From NCBI GenBank assembly GCA_951406725.2, contig OX597814.1, forward strand, positions 21,142,001-21,206,000: a DNA stretch of 64,000 bases, read 5' to 3'. The translations under genes were made by a program, and so were the position numbers. The first letter of the stretch is position 1. Each line of letters begins with the position of its first letter. The DNA is from Octopus vulgaris (Eukaryota). Shown here piece by piece: positions 52,755 through 64,000 of this stretch. The notes under the pieces were generated by a model, which searched no databases, was not told the origin of the DNA, and worked only from the letters and a program-made list of their open reading frames with translations.

Positions 52755-53970
52755 ATTGGACCATTCGATAAATTGTGTAGTTTTGTATATTTCTTTTATT
52801 TTTCAAACTTAAAATAAACAACGTTCTTTTTTTTAATCTAAAATAAACTCTTCTTCATTTTTTACGATGCTCTTCCATCTATCTGGTAGACTTGCAAAGC
52901 CCCGCTTCCAAAATTCACTTGTCTGTGATGAAAAATACTCCTCCAGTACTGTTCTGACCTCATCTACAGAATTCATATTTTTCCTCCCGAAATGATTTTG
53001 AAGATTGTGGAATAAATGATAATCAGATAGGGCAATGTCTGGCGAATATGGTAGGTGGGGCATCATTTCCCATTCAAACTGCTCCAGACTTTGGAATGTC
53101 AGCCAAGCATTATCCTGATGGAAGAACACCTTTCATCTTCAAACCAAAGATGGTTATTTTCCTTCTAGCGCTGACTTAAGCTGCTCAAGCTGTTTGCAGT
53201 AGATCTCCTTTGTTATCATTTGGTTTGGGTTTATAAGTTGAAAGTGGACTAAACTTTTTATATCCTACCAAATAGATAACAACATCTTATGTGGGCGAAG
53301 ACCTTCTTTAACCTGGAGTTTACCTTTCTCTACTCACTGTTTTAGTGCTTGACATTTTTATAGAAATCCCATTTCTTGTCACCAGTCACTATTTGGTCCA
53401 AAAAAGGTTCATTCCTGAGATGTGACTGCAAAGAGGAGCACACATTCACCCTCTGCATGCAATTAAACTTAGAAAGTTTGTGAGGAACCCATTGACTCAA
53501 TTTGCTCACATTTCTGATGGCACACAGGTGTCAATGAATGGTTGAATGATGAAATACAAGCTTCTCTGCTAGTTCCTCAACAGTTACAATGAGATTTTGT
53601 TCTACCAGGGTTTGCAGGATGTCCTCATTGAGTTCTACAGATCTTCTAGGATGAGGCTTGTCTTCTAGGCAGTAGTTTCCAGCTCAGAATTTCTGGAACC
53701 ACCATTGACACTGGCTTACAAATATTGTCTGATACCCATATACTACATTAATATTCCTCACAATTTCGGTTGTGTTGTTGCTTTTATTGAACTTCTAAAG
53801 CAAAATGTGCTGAATATGCTCCTTAGTAACTTCCATTATGGCTTTGAAAAAATAACTATTAAAATCGAACGGCATTCTTCAAAACTTGCACTAAGAATAA
53901 GGACACGGTAAAATTACTACCTGCTTTTATAGCAAGTTGATGCAGGTAGTTTATCCAATCCCCCTCTGAC
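52755..53970 (-). mobile_element. Mariner transposon, duplicated copy
   Basis: Copy of 47405-48620 at +5350. Confidence 0.85.
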
Positions 53971-54506
53971 TTTTGGTGATATGCTGTGCTTGAGAAGACA
54001 TGTCAGGCCAAGAAATATTGAATAAATAAAATATTCATTTGACAAATATACACCTCACTCAGTTAAATCCACATATATAAATCTGTCTGGTTATTCAAGT
54101 TATACAATAGTATATAGAGCATGACTAATCGGTGTAGATGTCCGTATAGGAGAGAATAATGATTTCTAGCCTTAATGATAATAATATCAATGATTCACTG
54201 GTTGCTTTGTATAATTGCAGAGGAGTGGTTAACAATAGAAATATGAGATTACATAAATACTTCAGCCTGAGTCAACTACCTGGTATATTGTGTAACTGAG
54301 TGAGGTGTATATTTGTCAAATGAATATTTTATTTATTCAATATTTCTTTTTCTAAAGAGCAACAATTCACATAGCACAATATATTTATGTGTGTGTGTAT
54401 CTATCTATCTATCTATTATGCATGTATATATTTGTATGTATGTGTATGTGTATGTGTGTGTAATATATATATATGTAATAGTATGTATGTATGTGTGTGT
54501 GTGTGC

Positions 54507-54541
<35 letters not shown>

Positions 54542-54624
54542 TGTATATATATGTATGTGTGTTTGTGTATAATATATATATATATAAAGTTAATCCAAAC
54601 AAGTTATATATGTATATATATATA

Positions 54625-55125
54625 TGATAGCTTGCACCCATGCCAACCTCCCTTCATTGGACACTAAACTCTGCCTGCGAAGACCTGTTGGGGCAAGTGA
54701 AATCGAAATTGAACCAAATTCGATGACTGGCACCTGTGCCAATGCAGCTGCCTGGCTTCTGTGCCAGTGGGCACATAAAAACCACCTTTTGAGCATGATT
54801 GTTACCAGTGTCGCCTTACTGGCACTTGTGCCACTGGCAAGTGAGCAAAACATTCGAGCGAGGTCGTTGCCAGTGCCGCTGGACTGGCTCCTGTGCAGGT
54901 GGCAAGTAAAGAAACATCATTTCGATCGTGGCCGCTGCCAGCCTTGCCTGGCACGTAAAAAGCACCCACTACACTCACGGAGTGGTTGGTGTTAGGAAGG
55001 GCATCCAGCTGTAGAAACACTGCCAGATCAGACTGGAGCTTGGTGCAGCCTCCTGGCTTCCCAGAACCCGGTCAAAACGTGCAACCCATGCTAGCATGGA
55101 AAACGGACATTAAATAATGATGATG
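54625..55125 (+). mobile_element. RTE-LINE 3' UTR
   Basis: Homologous to 40820-41260. Confidence 0.75.
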
Positions 55126-56119
55126 AATATATATACACACACTCACACACACACATATATATATACACACACACACACACATATATCTATCTATCTATCT
55201 ATCTATCTATTTCTCTATCTCTCTCTCTATATATATACATATAAAACATGGTGTGATTAAGAATATCCTGAAACACGTATAATGTAGGTAACTCTACAGC
55301 TATTTATTTGTAAAACTCAATTTTGGAGACTGAACATTCTATTGTTCTCTAAATTAGACAGAAAAATAATTGAGAATCTGTTTACTCATCTGTTTTAGGA
55401 TAATTGTCCTTCATCAGAGATGGTGTGTTACGAATATTTAGCTATTCAGAGAATGCTGGATAATTAGATATGTAGGTGTTGACTGGTTAAATGGATATAG
55501 TGTATAGATATTAACTGCTTAGATGATTATTGGATGGATACACACAATGTAGAGATATTCTTTCCTACTCTAGGCTAAAGGCCCAAAATTTTTGGGAAAG
55601 GGACTAGTTGATTAGATTGACGTCAATACACAACTGGTACTTAATTTATTGACCTTGAAAGAATAAAAAGCAAAGTTGACCTTGGTGGAATTTGAACTCA
55701 AACTGTAAAAACAGATGAAATACTGCTAAGTATTTGGCCCAGTGTGCTAATGTTTCTGCCAGCTTGCTGCCATACAAGGTAAAGATATTAGCTAGATATA
55801 ATGACATTGTGTCTACTGTTTAGATAGACAGATAGATAGACACAGTGTAGAAATATTGATTGAAAAGACAAAGTGTGTAGGTGTGATAAATAGATACTGT
55901 TTGGTTTGAACCTCTTTGTTTAAATTACTTTCAATGTGAAAGTTATATTCCTATATAACCAGGATCCTGTATAACTTTTGATACTGTTGAACTAATGTGA
56001 AGGCCTTTATGTAGTTACTTGATTTTGTAGGAAAAGCAGCCAAATCTACCTAATATTTCCTGACAGCAACTAAAATAAAGGACAATAAGTTGGATAATGT
56101 AATCCCTGACATACATATA

Positions 56120-56537
56120 GGCATAGGGGTGGCTGTGTGGTAAGTAGCTTGCTTACCAACCACATGGTTCTGGGTTCAGTCCCACTGCGTGGCACATAGG
56201 GCAAGTGTCTTCTACCATAGCCTCGGGTCGACCAAAGCCTTGTGAGTGGATTTGGTAGATGGAAACTGAAAGAAGCCTGTCGTATATATGTATATGTATA
56301 TGTGTGTGTGTGTGCGTGTGTGTGTATGTTTGTGTGTCTGTGTTTGTCACCCCAACATCGCTTGACAACCGATGCTGGTGTGTTTACGTCCCTGTAACCT
56401 AGCGGTTCGGTAAAAGAGACCGATAGAATAAGTACTAGGTTTACAAAGAATAAGTCCTGGGGTCGATTTGCTCGACTAAAGGCAGTGCTCCAGCATGGCC
56501 ACAGCCAAATGACTGAAACAAGTAAAAGAGTAAAGAG
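56120..56537 (+). mobile_element. tRNA-derived SINE family A
   Basis: Full-length match to family A. Confidence 0.85.
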
Positions 56538-58328
56538 TATATACAAACGATGTACTTTCAAATCTGGATATTATTGGATCATAGGTTTGTTCAGTGAGGG
56601 CTGATGTGGGGCTAAATTCCAACAACAACCATTCATATTGATCATAGATTATTTTCATTTCCATCATTATGATGTTTGAGGAGGTGGGGATTACACCCTG
56701 ACAACCTTTATCTTCTTCCTTGATTTCCCTGTCACTAGGTTCTCTTAAATATATTACCTTGAAAATACACTCTGGATTCTTATCAACATCTTGTTTTTCT
56801 CTCATACATCACTCTACCCACCCATATATAGCATAAAGTAGGCTGTACTCCTTCCTACTCAACCTTCTCCACTGTCTTTATTACACTAACTATTTCTTCA
56901 ATCTCCTGACACTCCTTTTCCTTCTTTTTCTTATTCCATCTGTAGTGAGTGATGCCTGGTCCCAGATGCCATTTTGGGATTTTCATCCATGCATGCGCAG
57001 GGATTAGAGCCTTCCAGAAGAACCCTTATGCACATGCGCAGTTATCAGCAGCAGCTAGGCTTGACCACCATTCTCTCTCTCTTTGGCCCTAGCTTCTGAC
57101 CAGACATGATGCAACTTGGACCAGATTTGTGGAGCTGGAATTCTGACGGCGAGCAATATTGCGAGTCTGTGAAAATGCCTTCATATTTTTGTGTCTAACT
57201 ACCAGCCCTGCTGCTTCTCGCACACCAAGACGGCTGTTCAGGCTACCGATGTCCTGAGATGAAATGTTTATTCAGGCGAAATAAATTATTATTCTTATTT
57301 GTTCGGAGATTCTTGTTCCCACTATTTTCCTTTCCATGACTATGTAAGGAATTGTGAGGCACCCATCCAGTGCCAACCTCACTTCCTACACATCATTTCT
57401 TCATGTATCACTTTACTCACTCATGGGAGTAGCACAGCAACTCCTCCTATTCAACCCTCACCACTGTGTTATCACTCTCTAACTCTCTTTCATTAACCTC
57501 ACTGACACTACTTTTCCCTTTCCCTTCTGTTACTCCCTTTCCTAAAGCTGTCTCTGATATTTTCTCCCCTATCACTCTCTTCCAACAATAACCCCTGTAA
57601 CTCTAAATAAGAACTGACTTAAACCCTGATGAACTGCTTGCTCCATGTGGGAATGGCAAACAGACCCACTCCTATCACAGGGTTTACTCACTTAACCCAT
57701 CTCAACACCCTTACCGCTCTCTTTCGCACTAATCCCTGACATTACACTTCCCTTCTACTCTCCTCTGCCTCTCATTACTTTATACCAATGCTGTTCCTAC
57801 TGTCATTCTTTTCATTACCAACAAGTCACAACAATAAATCTGTTCCTTTCATTGTGAGAGCTCTCTTTTGTTTAGTAAGTTGTAAGGTGACTTTAACAGT
57901 GCTGGCGTCACAAAAAGCACCCAGTACACTTTGTAAGTAATTGGTAACTGATTCAAGCAGCAACCATGCTAAACTTGAGAGGTCTCTTTGGTCATGCTGA
58001 GAGCAAGGCAACCTCTATAGTGTTAGTGCCACAAAAAGAATATGCATCCAATACATTTTGTAAAATGGTTGATGCAAGGAAGGATATCAAACCATACAGA
58101 CTATGCCAAAACTGAGAGACTGGAGCAAGATGTAGTCCTCCAACCCATTGAATCCAAACAAGATGTTCTACCTCAGTCAGCCAGTCAGCATGGAAAATGG
58201 ACATTATATATATATATATATATATATGTGATAACAAAGGGTAAAATTAATTAATTAAGAAGTAATTAATAATTTCACCAAGTAGAATTCGGTATGAAAA
58301 AAGGACCATTTCACGGTAAGCTTAAGTA

Positions 58329-58555
58329 ATACTAATAAAAAGGGTCCAGCAAAGATTTGCTTCACCACACACCGAAGTTTAGAAATAGCAGCCAAAAATC
58401 TTAGCTATTTCTTCTACTTTAAAAGGGGGTCTCCCGGAGGGTTTCTCCGGGAGACCCCCTTTTAAAGTAGAAGAAATAGCTAAGGTTTTTGGCTGCTATT
58501 TCTAAACTTCGTTGTGTGGTAAAGCAAATCTTTGCTGAACCCTTTTTATTAGTAT
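58329..58555. repeat. Long hairpin/palindrome, ~111-bp arms with a 5-nt loop
   Basis: …GGGGGTCTCCCGGAG-ggttt-CTCCGGGAGACCCCC…; arms pair out to ATACTAATAAAAAGGG / CCCTTTTTATTAGTAT with few mismatches. Confidence 0.92.
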
Positions 58556-59692
58556 ATATATCATCATCATCATCATTTAACGTCCGCTTTCCATGCTGGC
58601 ATGGGATAGACAGTTTGACTGAGGACTGGTGAGCCAGAGGCTACATCAGGCTCAATCTGATCTGGCAAAGTTTCAATAGCTGGATGCCCTTTCTAATTCC
58701 AACCACTCTGAGAGTGTAGTGGGTGCTTTTATGTGCCACTGGTACGAGGGCCAATCAGGCGGTACTGGCAACGATCATAAAATGATGATGATGATGATGA
58801 TGATGATGATGCATCTGGACACACATCTGTCACACCCTCTGTATTGTTCTTGGCATCGCATTTGCTTTGGCTACTCACTCAGAGAATACTGAATGGATAG
58901 ACATGGTGTATGGATGTTGACTGGTGAAATAGACAGTGTAAGCAAGCATACCTGTAGATGGAAACTGTCTTTGTATGTGTTTGTATGTGTATGTATGTGT
59001 GTGCATATGCATGTGTCTGTCTGTGTTTGTTTACATTTGCACTTCTCAGAAAGCTGCTCAGCTACAAGTGATGATGTCAATGCTATTTCCCCTGTAAATA
59101 AATCATCCACTCCCTTTGTGCCTTTGAAGATATGTGAATTAAGAGAAAAACAGGTGAGCAAAAAAAGGGCATGTTGCAAAAACAAAAAAAAAAAGCTTAC
59201 TGACATGTTTATCTAACCCATGCTAGAATGGAAAGACAGACATAAAATGAAAGGATGACTATGTTCTCTGACTGTCTTTCTTTCTCACTCTCCTCTCCCT
59301 CCCTCCCTTTCTTGTCTTACTGAGTAGCCAAGTATCTCCTCTATAGTAAGACCAGCTATCCCTTGTACCTCTTTCATATTTCAACCTCTTGCCTGGCACA
59401 TGGCCACCTCCCTCAATTGAGATGTTCTTGTCTTGCAAACTTCTTGGTGACCCTGTAAGTGTTGGTGTCACATTAAAAGCACCCATACTGGTTCCACACG
59501 GAAAGCACCTGTGTAGGTGCTACAGAAAAAGCACTCAGTAAGCTCTGTAAAGTGGATGGGTGTTAGAAAGGGTATTATGCCATAAGAAACCATGCCAAAA
59601 CAGACAACTGTAGTGTGGCACACCCTTCTGGTTAGCCAACCCCCGTCAAACTGTCATGCCAACATGGAAAATATACTTTAAATATGGTGATG

Positions 59693-59741
<49 letters not shown>

Positions 59742-59900
59742 AGAATTAACAAAAAAACAAAAGACGAAGACAGGTGGTGTAGACAACAAACAGATGTCGG
59801 GAAGTGAAAAAGTCTTTAAAGTTTTGAGCCTATGCTTTTCCACAGAAAGAAACAAGGAGAGAATACAAAGAATGTATTGTGGCTAGCAATCTATTATGGC

Positions 59901-59946
<46 letters not shown>

Positions 59947-60114
59947 TTAGAGAATATTAGTTAGGGCTAGTTCATAGGGTTATCTAGAGTTTTATCTCCT
60001 CAAAGCACTTAGCTTTACACATATCTCATTAGATCCTATTTTCTCCATAACTCACAGTGTTCTTCCCTTTCGGGTCGATCAACATCAGTGGGAATTGCAG
60101 CTGTGGTTAAGCGA

Positions 60115-60672
60115 ACCATCCGTTCGTGTCTGCTGCCAGCCTCGCCTGGCCCCCGTGCCGGTGACACGTAAAAGCACCGTCCGTTCGTGGCCGTTTGCCA
60201 GCTCTGTCTGGCCCCCGTGTTGGTGGCATGTAAAAGCACCACCAGTTCGTGTCCGTTGCCAGCCTCGCCTGGCCCCCATGCCGGTGACATGTAAAAGCAC
60301 CATCCGTTCGTGGCCATTTCTCAGCTCTGTCTGGCCCCCGTGTCGGTGGCACGTAAAAGCACCATCCGTTCGTGTCCGTTGCCAGCCTCGCCTGGCCCCC
60401 ATGCCGGTGACACGTAAAAGCACCATCCGTACGTGGCCTTTGCCAGCTCTGTCTGGCCCCGTGTCGGTGGCACGTAAAAGCACCATCCGTTCATGTCCGT
60501 TGCCAGCCTTGCCTGGCCCCCGTGCCGGTAACACGTAAAGCACCATCCGTTCGTGGCCATTTCTCAGCTCTGTCTGACCCCCGTGTCGGTGGCACGTAAA
60601 AGCACCATCCGTTCGTGTCCGTTGCCAGCCTCGCCTGGCCCCCGTGCCGGTGACACGTAAAAGCACCATCCG
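60115..60672 (+). repeat. ~60-bp minisatellite with alternating A/B units, derived from the RTE 3' UTR subrepeat
   Basis: About 9 units of ACCATCCGTTCGTG…CACGTAAAAGC alternating GCCTCGCCTGG and GCTCTGTCTGG. Confidence 0.9.
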
Positions 60673-61250
60673 TTTGAAAATACAGCAAATCTGGATTCAT
60701 TGGAGAATATGATAGTGTCCCAAAATGCTAGTGGCCTCTTCACCATCTCACTGATCCAATATTTTCTCTGTTTGATATTGACTGGTCAAAGAAGTAGTCT
60801 CCTTGCTGCTCTTCCATAGTAGCCAAGTTTGTGGAGATATCTGACAGCTGTTCTGGGACTGACATCAATATGTTCAGCTTTGTCAGAGGCCTTGCAATGA
60901 AGATTATCTTAACAAAGAGAAGGGTCCTGTCAGAGAACCCTAGTCAATGTGGGTGAGGTGATGTGGACTCCTTCCCCTCTCTGGTGAATTGCACAATCAC
61001 TCTGTTAACTGTAGAAAGTGGGATCCCAAGGTTTTCTGTGATTTTATGCTATGTCTACCTTCAGATTGCCCCACAATATGGCCTCTCTGAAATTCAGACA
61101 GTTCCAAGGTTTCTTTTGTACATGGCATGATTAAATAGTCACATATAGAACCTGAAACATAAAAATGTTAATTAATAAAGAATATAAACCATTACAAGTT
61201 AGAATAAACATAAAACAATGTTTTATGGGGTGTCTATTTACTTCTGTCAT

Positions 61251-61308
<58 letters not shown>

Positions 61309-61677
61309 ATGCGTGTGTGTATGTATATATATCATCATATATATATATATCTATGTATGTATATAAAGTAAGTACCGTCTCAAGTTCTAGGATAGTTTTC
61401 ATGATATTCAAATGACCAAGATCAGAATATGACCCTTGAACAGAATGCTTCTCCATTATAGGGCTACTCACTTACAGCTGAATCAATTGGAGCAATGTGA
61501 AATTAAAGTGTTTTGCTCAAGAACACAATGCACTTCCAGATCTGAGAATTGAAACTACAATCTTGTAATCATGAGCACAACACCCTAACCACATTTTCAT
61601 AATCACACATGCATTTACACACACATATAAACATACTCATTTACACACACACACATTCATTTACATGCACACATTTC

Positions 61678-62120
61678 ATCATCATCATCATCATCATCGT
61701 TTAGCGTCCGCTTTCCATGCTAGCATGGGTTGGACGGGTCAACTGGGGTCTGTGAAGCTGGAAGGCTTCGTCAGGCCCAGTCAGATCTGGCAGTGTTTCT
61801 ACGGCTGGATGCCCTTCTTAACGCCAACCACTCCGCGAGTGTAGTGGGTGTTTTTACGTGCCACCTGCACAGGTGCCAGACAGAGCTGGCGAACGGCCAC
61901 GAACGGATGGTGCTTTTATGTGTCACCGGCACGGGGCCAGGCGATGCTGGCAACGGACACGAACGGATGGTGCTTTTATGTGCCACCGACACGGGGCCAG
62001 ACAGAGCTGGCAACCGGCCACGAACGGACGGTGCTTTTACGTGTCACCGGCACGGGGGCCAGCCGAGGCTGGCAACGGATATGAACGGATGGTGCTTTTA
62101 CGTGCCACCGACACGGGGCC
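61678..62120 (-). mobile_element. RTE-LINE 3' UTR carrying the same A/B subrepeats, inverted
   Basis: (ATC)n tail at ~61678, terminal block, then about 4 units complementary to 60115-60672. Confidence 0.85.
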
Positions 62121-62759
62121 AACATACACAAATTCACTTTCATGCACATGCTATAAACATACATACGTACACACACACACACACACTCACACATCCATAT
62201 ATAGTTCTAAGAAATTAATGGTCCAAATAGGAATTTTTATACTGGAACCTTGGTTCATAAGTTAATAAGTAAGATCTGAATATAGAAAAAGCCTTGGAAA
62301 GAAAAATATTAGTACCAAGGATAAATTAACCTGTTATTAATAGAAGTTACATGGAAACAATGAATCAAACTCTGTAGAGCATCCTACCATGGTAAGATAC
62401 AATATTTTATTAATACCATTAATATAACATTGATTTTTAACTTTGAAACAAAGCCACGAATTGGAGTTTGAATTCTGCTGAGGTCAGCTTTGCCCTTCAT
62501 TCTTCTGGGATCAATAGAATTATATACTAAACAAGTACTGTGATTGATTTCTGTTCCTTTAATACATTTCAGATTTAAATGAAATTATAACAGAGCACTA
62601 AAGCCCTACAAGGAAAAAAGATAAAAAGAGGTAATATTTATCCCTGCTTAAACATGGGTGTTCTGTTAGAACAAACTATACTGTGGTAGATATCATGAGA
62701 GAAACTCTCACATTGGCTTTTGGTGAAAAATTCTCAAATAAGGTAAAGATGACATGTAA

Positions 62760-63160
62760 TGTTGGTTTCATATTTTGGTGCATGGCCAGCAATTTTAGGG
62801 GATGGGCAAATCAATTACATTGACCCAAGTGCTCAACTGGTACTTATTTTATTGACCCCAAAAAGGATGAAAGGTAAAGTGGAACTTGGTGGAATTTGAA
62901 CTCAGAATGTGAAGATGGATGAAATGCTGCTAAGCATTTTTCCTGGTGTAGAAACGATTCTGCCAGTTTGCTGCTTTAAGATGACATATAATATTGATTT
63001 CAAATTTTGGCACAAGGCCAGCAATTTCGGGGCAGGAGTAAGTTGATTACACCAACTCCAAAGTTAAACAGGTACTTATTTTATCAACTCTGAAAGGATG
63101 AGACGAAATGCCGCTAAGCATTTTGTCCAATGTACTAATGGTTCTGTCAGCTCACCACCA
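62760..63160 (-). mobile_element. Two decayed SINE family B copies
   Basis: Reverse complement of family B core (GGAATTTGAACTCAGAA, CTAAGCATTTT); a similar copy is at 55570-55775. Confidence 0.7.
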
Positions 63161-63384
63161 TCGGATGGCATATAATATTAATAACAGCATAGATAGGCAT
63201 AGACATAGCTGTGTGGATAAGAAGGTTGTTTTGTAAGCACATGATTTTGGATTCAGTCCTATTGTGTGGAATATTTGATAAGTGTATAGCCCTAAGCAAA
63301 CCAATGGTCTACAAGTGAATTTGAAAAATGGAAACTATGTGGAAGCTCATCATGTGTGTGTGTGCGTGTGTGTGTGTGCGTGCG

Positions 63385-63421
<37 letters not shown>

Positions 63422-63479
63422 ATTTGTGCTTGTCCAACCCTCCACTTGACAACTGGTACTAGTTTATGTCTCCATAAAC

Positions 63480-63688
63480 TCTTTTATTCTTTTACTTGTT
63501 TCAGTCATGTGACTGTGGGCATGCTGGAACACCGCTTTTAGTCGAGAAAATTTAGCCCAGGACTTATTCTTTGAAACCTAGTACTTATTCTATCAGTCTC
63601 TTTTTTGCCGAACCACTAAATTACGGGGACATAAACACACCAGCATCAGTTGTCAAGTAATGTTGGGGGAACAAACACAGACACACAA

Positions 63689-63745
<57 letters not shown>

Positions 63746-63865
63746 TACGACGGGCTTCTTTCAGTTTCCGTCTACCAAATCCACGGCCCGAGACTATAGT
63801 AGAAGACACTTAACCAAGGTGCCATGCAGTGGGACTGAACCCGGAACCATGTGGTTCATAAGCAT
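63480..63865 (-). mobile_element. tRNA-derived SINE family A, truncated
   Basis: Reverse complement of family A; abuts a decayed + copy at 63195-63480. Confidence 0.8.
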
Positions 63866-64000
63866 TTAAGATTGAACTCTTAATTGATCAAAGCTTTGTG
63901 AGTGAAATTTGGGAGACGGAAACTTTATGGAAGGCCACCATAAGAACCATTTCTACTGTTGGAGAGCAGAGTTAATCTAATCTGTTGCCCAGTTTAACAA

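Larger units (their letters stand above)
43692..54750. repeat. ~5.35-kb tandem segmental duplication (about 2.07 units)
   Basis: Matching ORFs at offsets 5349-5351 (44004/49355, 47483/52833, 48964/54313); only isolated SNPs and microsatellite length differences. Confidence 0.95.

Noticed and set aside
55385-55423. Hammerhead-like CUGAUGA-AGGA…UCCU-AAAAC (minus); similar partial motifs at ~24854, ~39905 and ~57626
   Set aside because: G12, stem III or the cleavage triplet is missing or mutated; not called as features.
56476-56805. 109-aa minus-strand ORF as a possible host exon
   Set aside because: No recognisable domain and it runs into a SINE tail.
60115-60672. CRISPR-like regularly spaced repeat
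   Set aside because: The intervening segments are themselves repeated (A/B), there are no cas genes, the context is eukaryotic, and the unit derives from an RTE 3' UTR.

Overview
AT-rich, microsatellite-dense eukaryotic DNA, not prokaryotic. The SINE and LINE families resemble those of cephalopods (Octopus-like); this is an inference. One intact host gene is supported: a two-coding-exon Golgi carbohydrate sulfotransferase (Sulfotransfer_2, CHST8-14/HNK-1ST type) at 21652-23766 (+). The rest is mostly decayed mobile DNA: tRNA-derived SINEs, RTE, R4/Dong, CR1-like and Penelope-like retroelement fragments, mariner, Tc1, maT and Chapaev3-like DNA transposons, non-autonomous Helitrons, and a near-identical ~5.35 kb tandem duplication. 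The most notable signal is a set of minimal type I hammerhead ribozyme motifs from several unrelated repeat families, usually sitting in microsatellites and in tandem or fold-back arrangements. The best case is a 353-bp tandem repeat (1558-2383) in which each full unit carries a canonical hammerhead, a retrozyme or Penelope pseudo-LTR architecture. Coordinates were read by eye; repeat boundaries are approximate.
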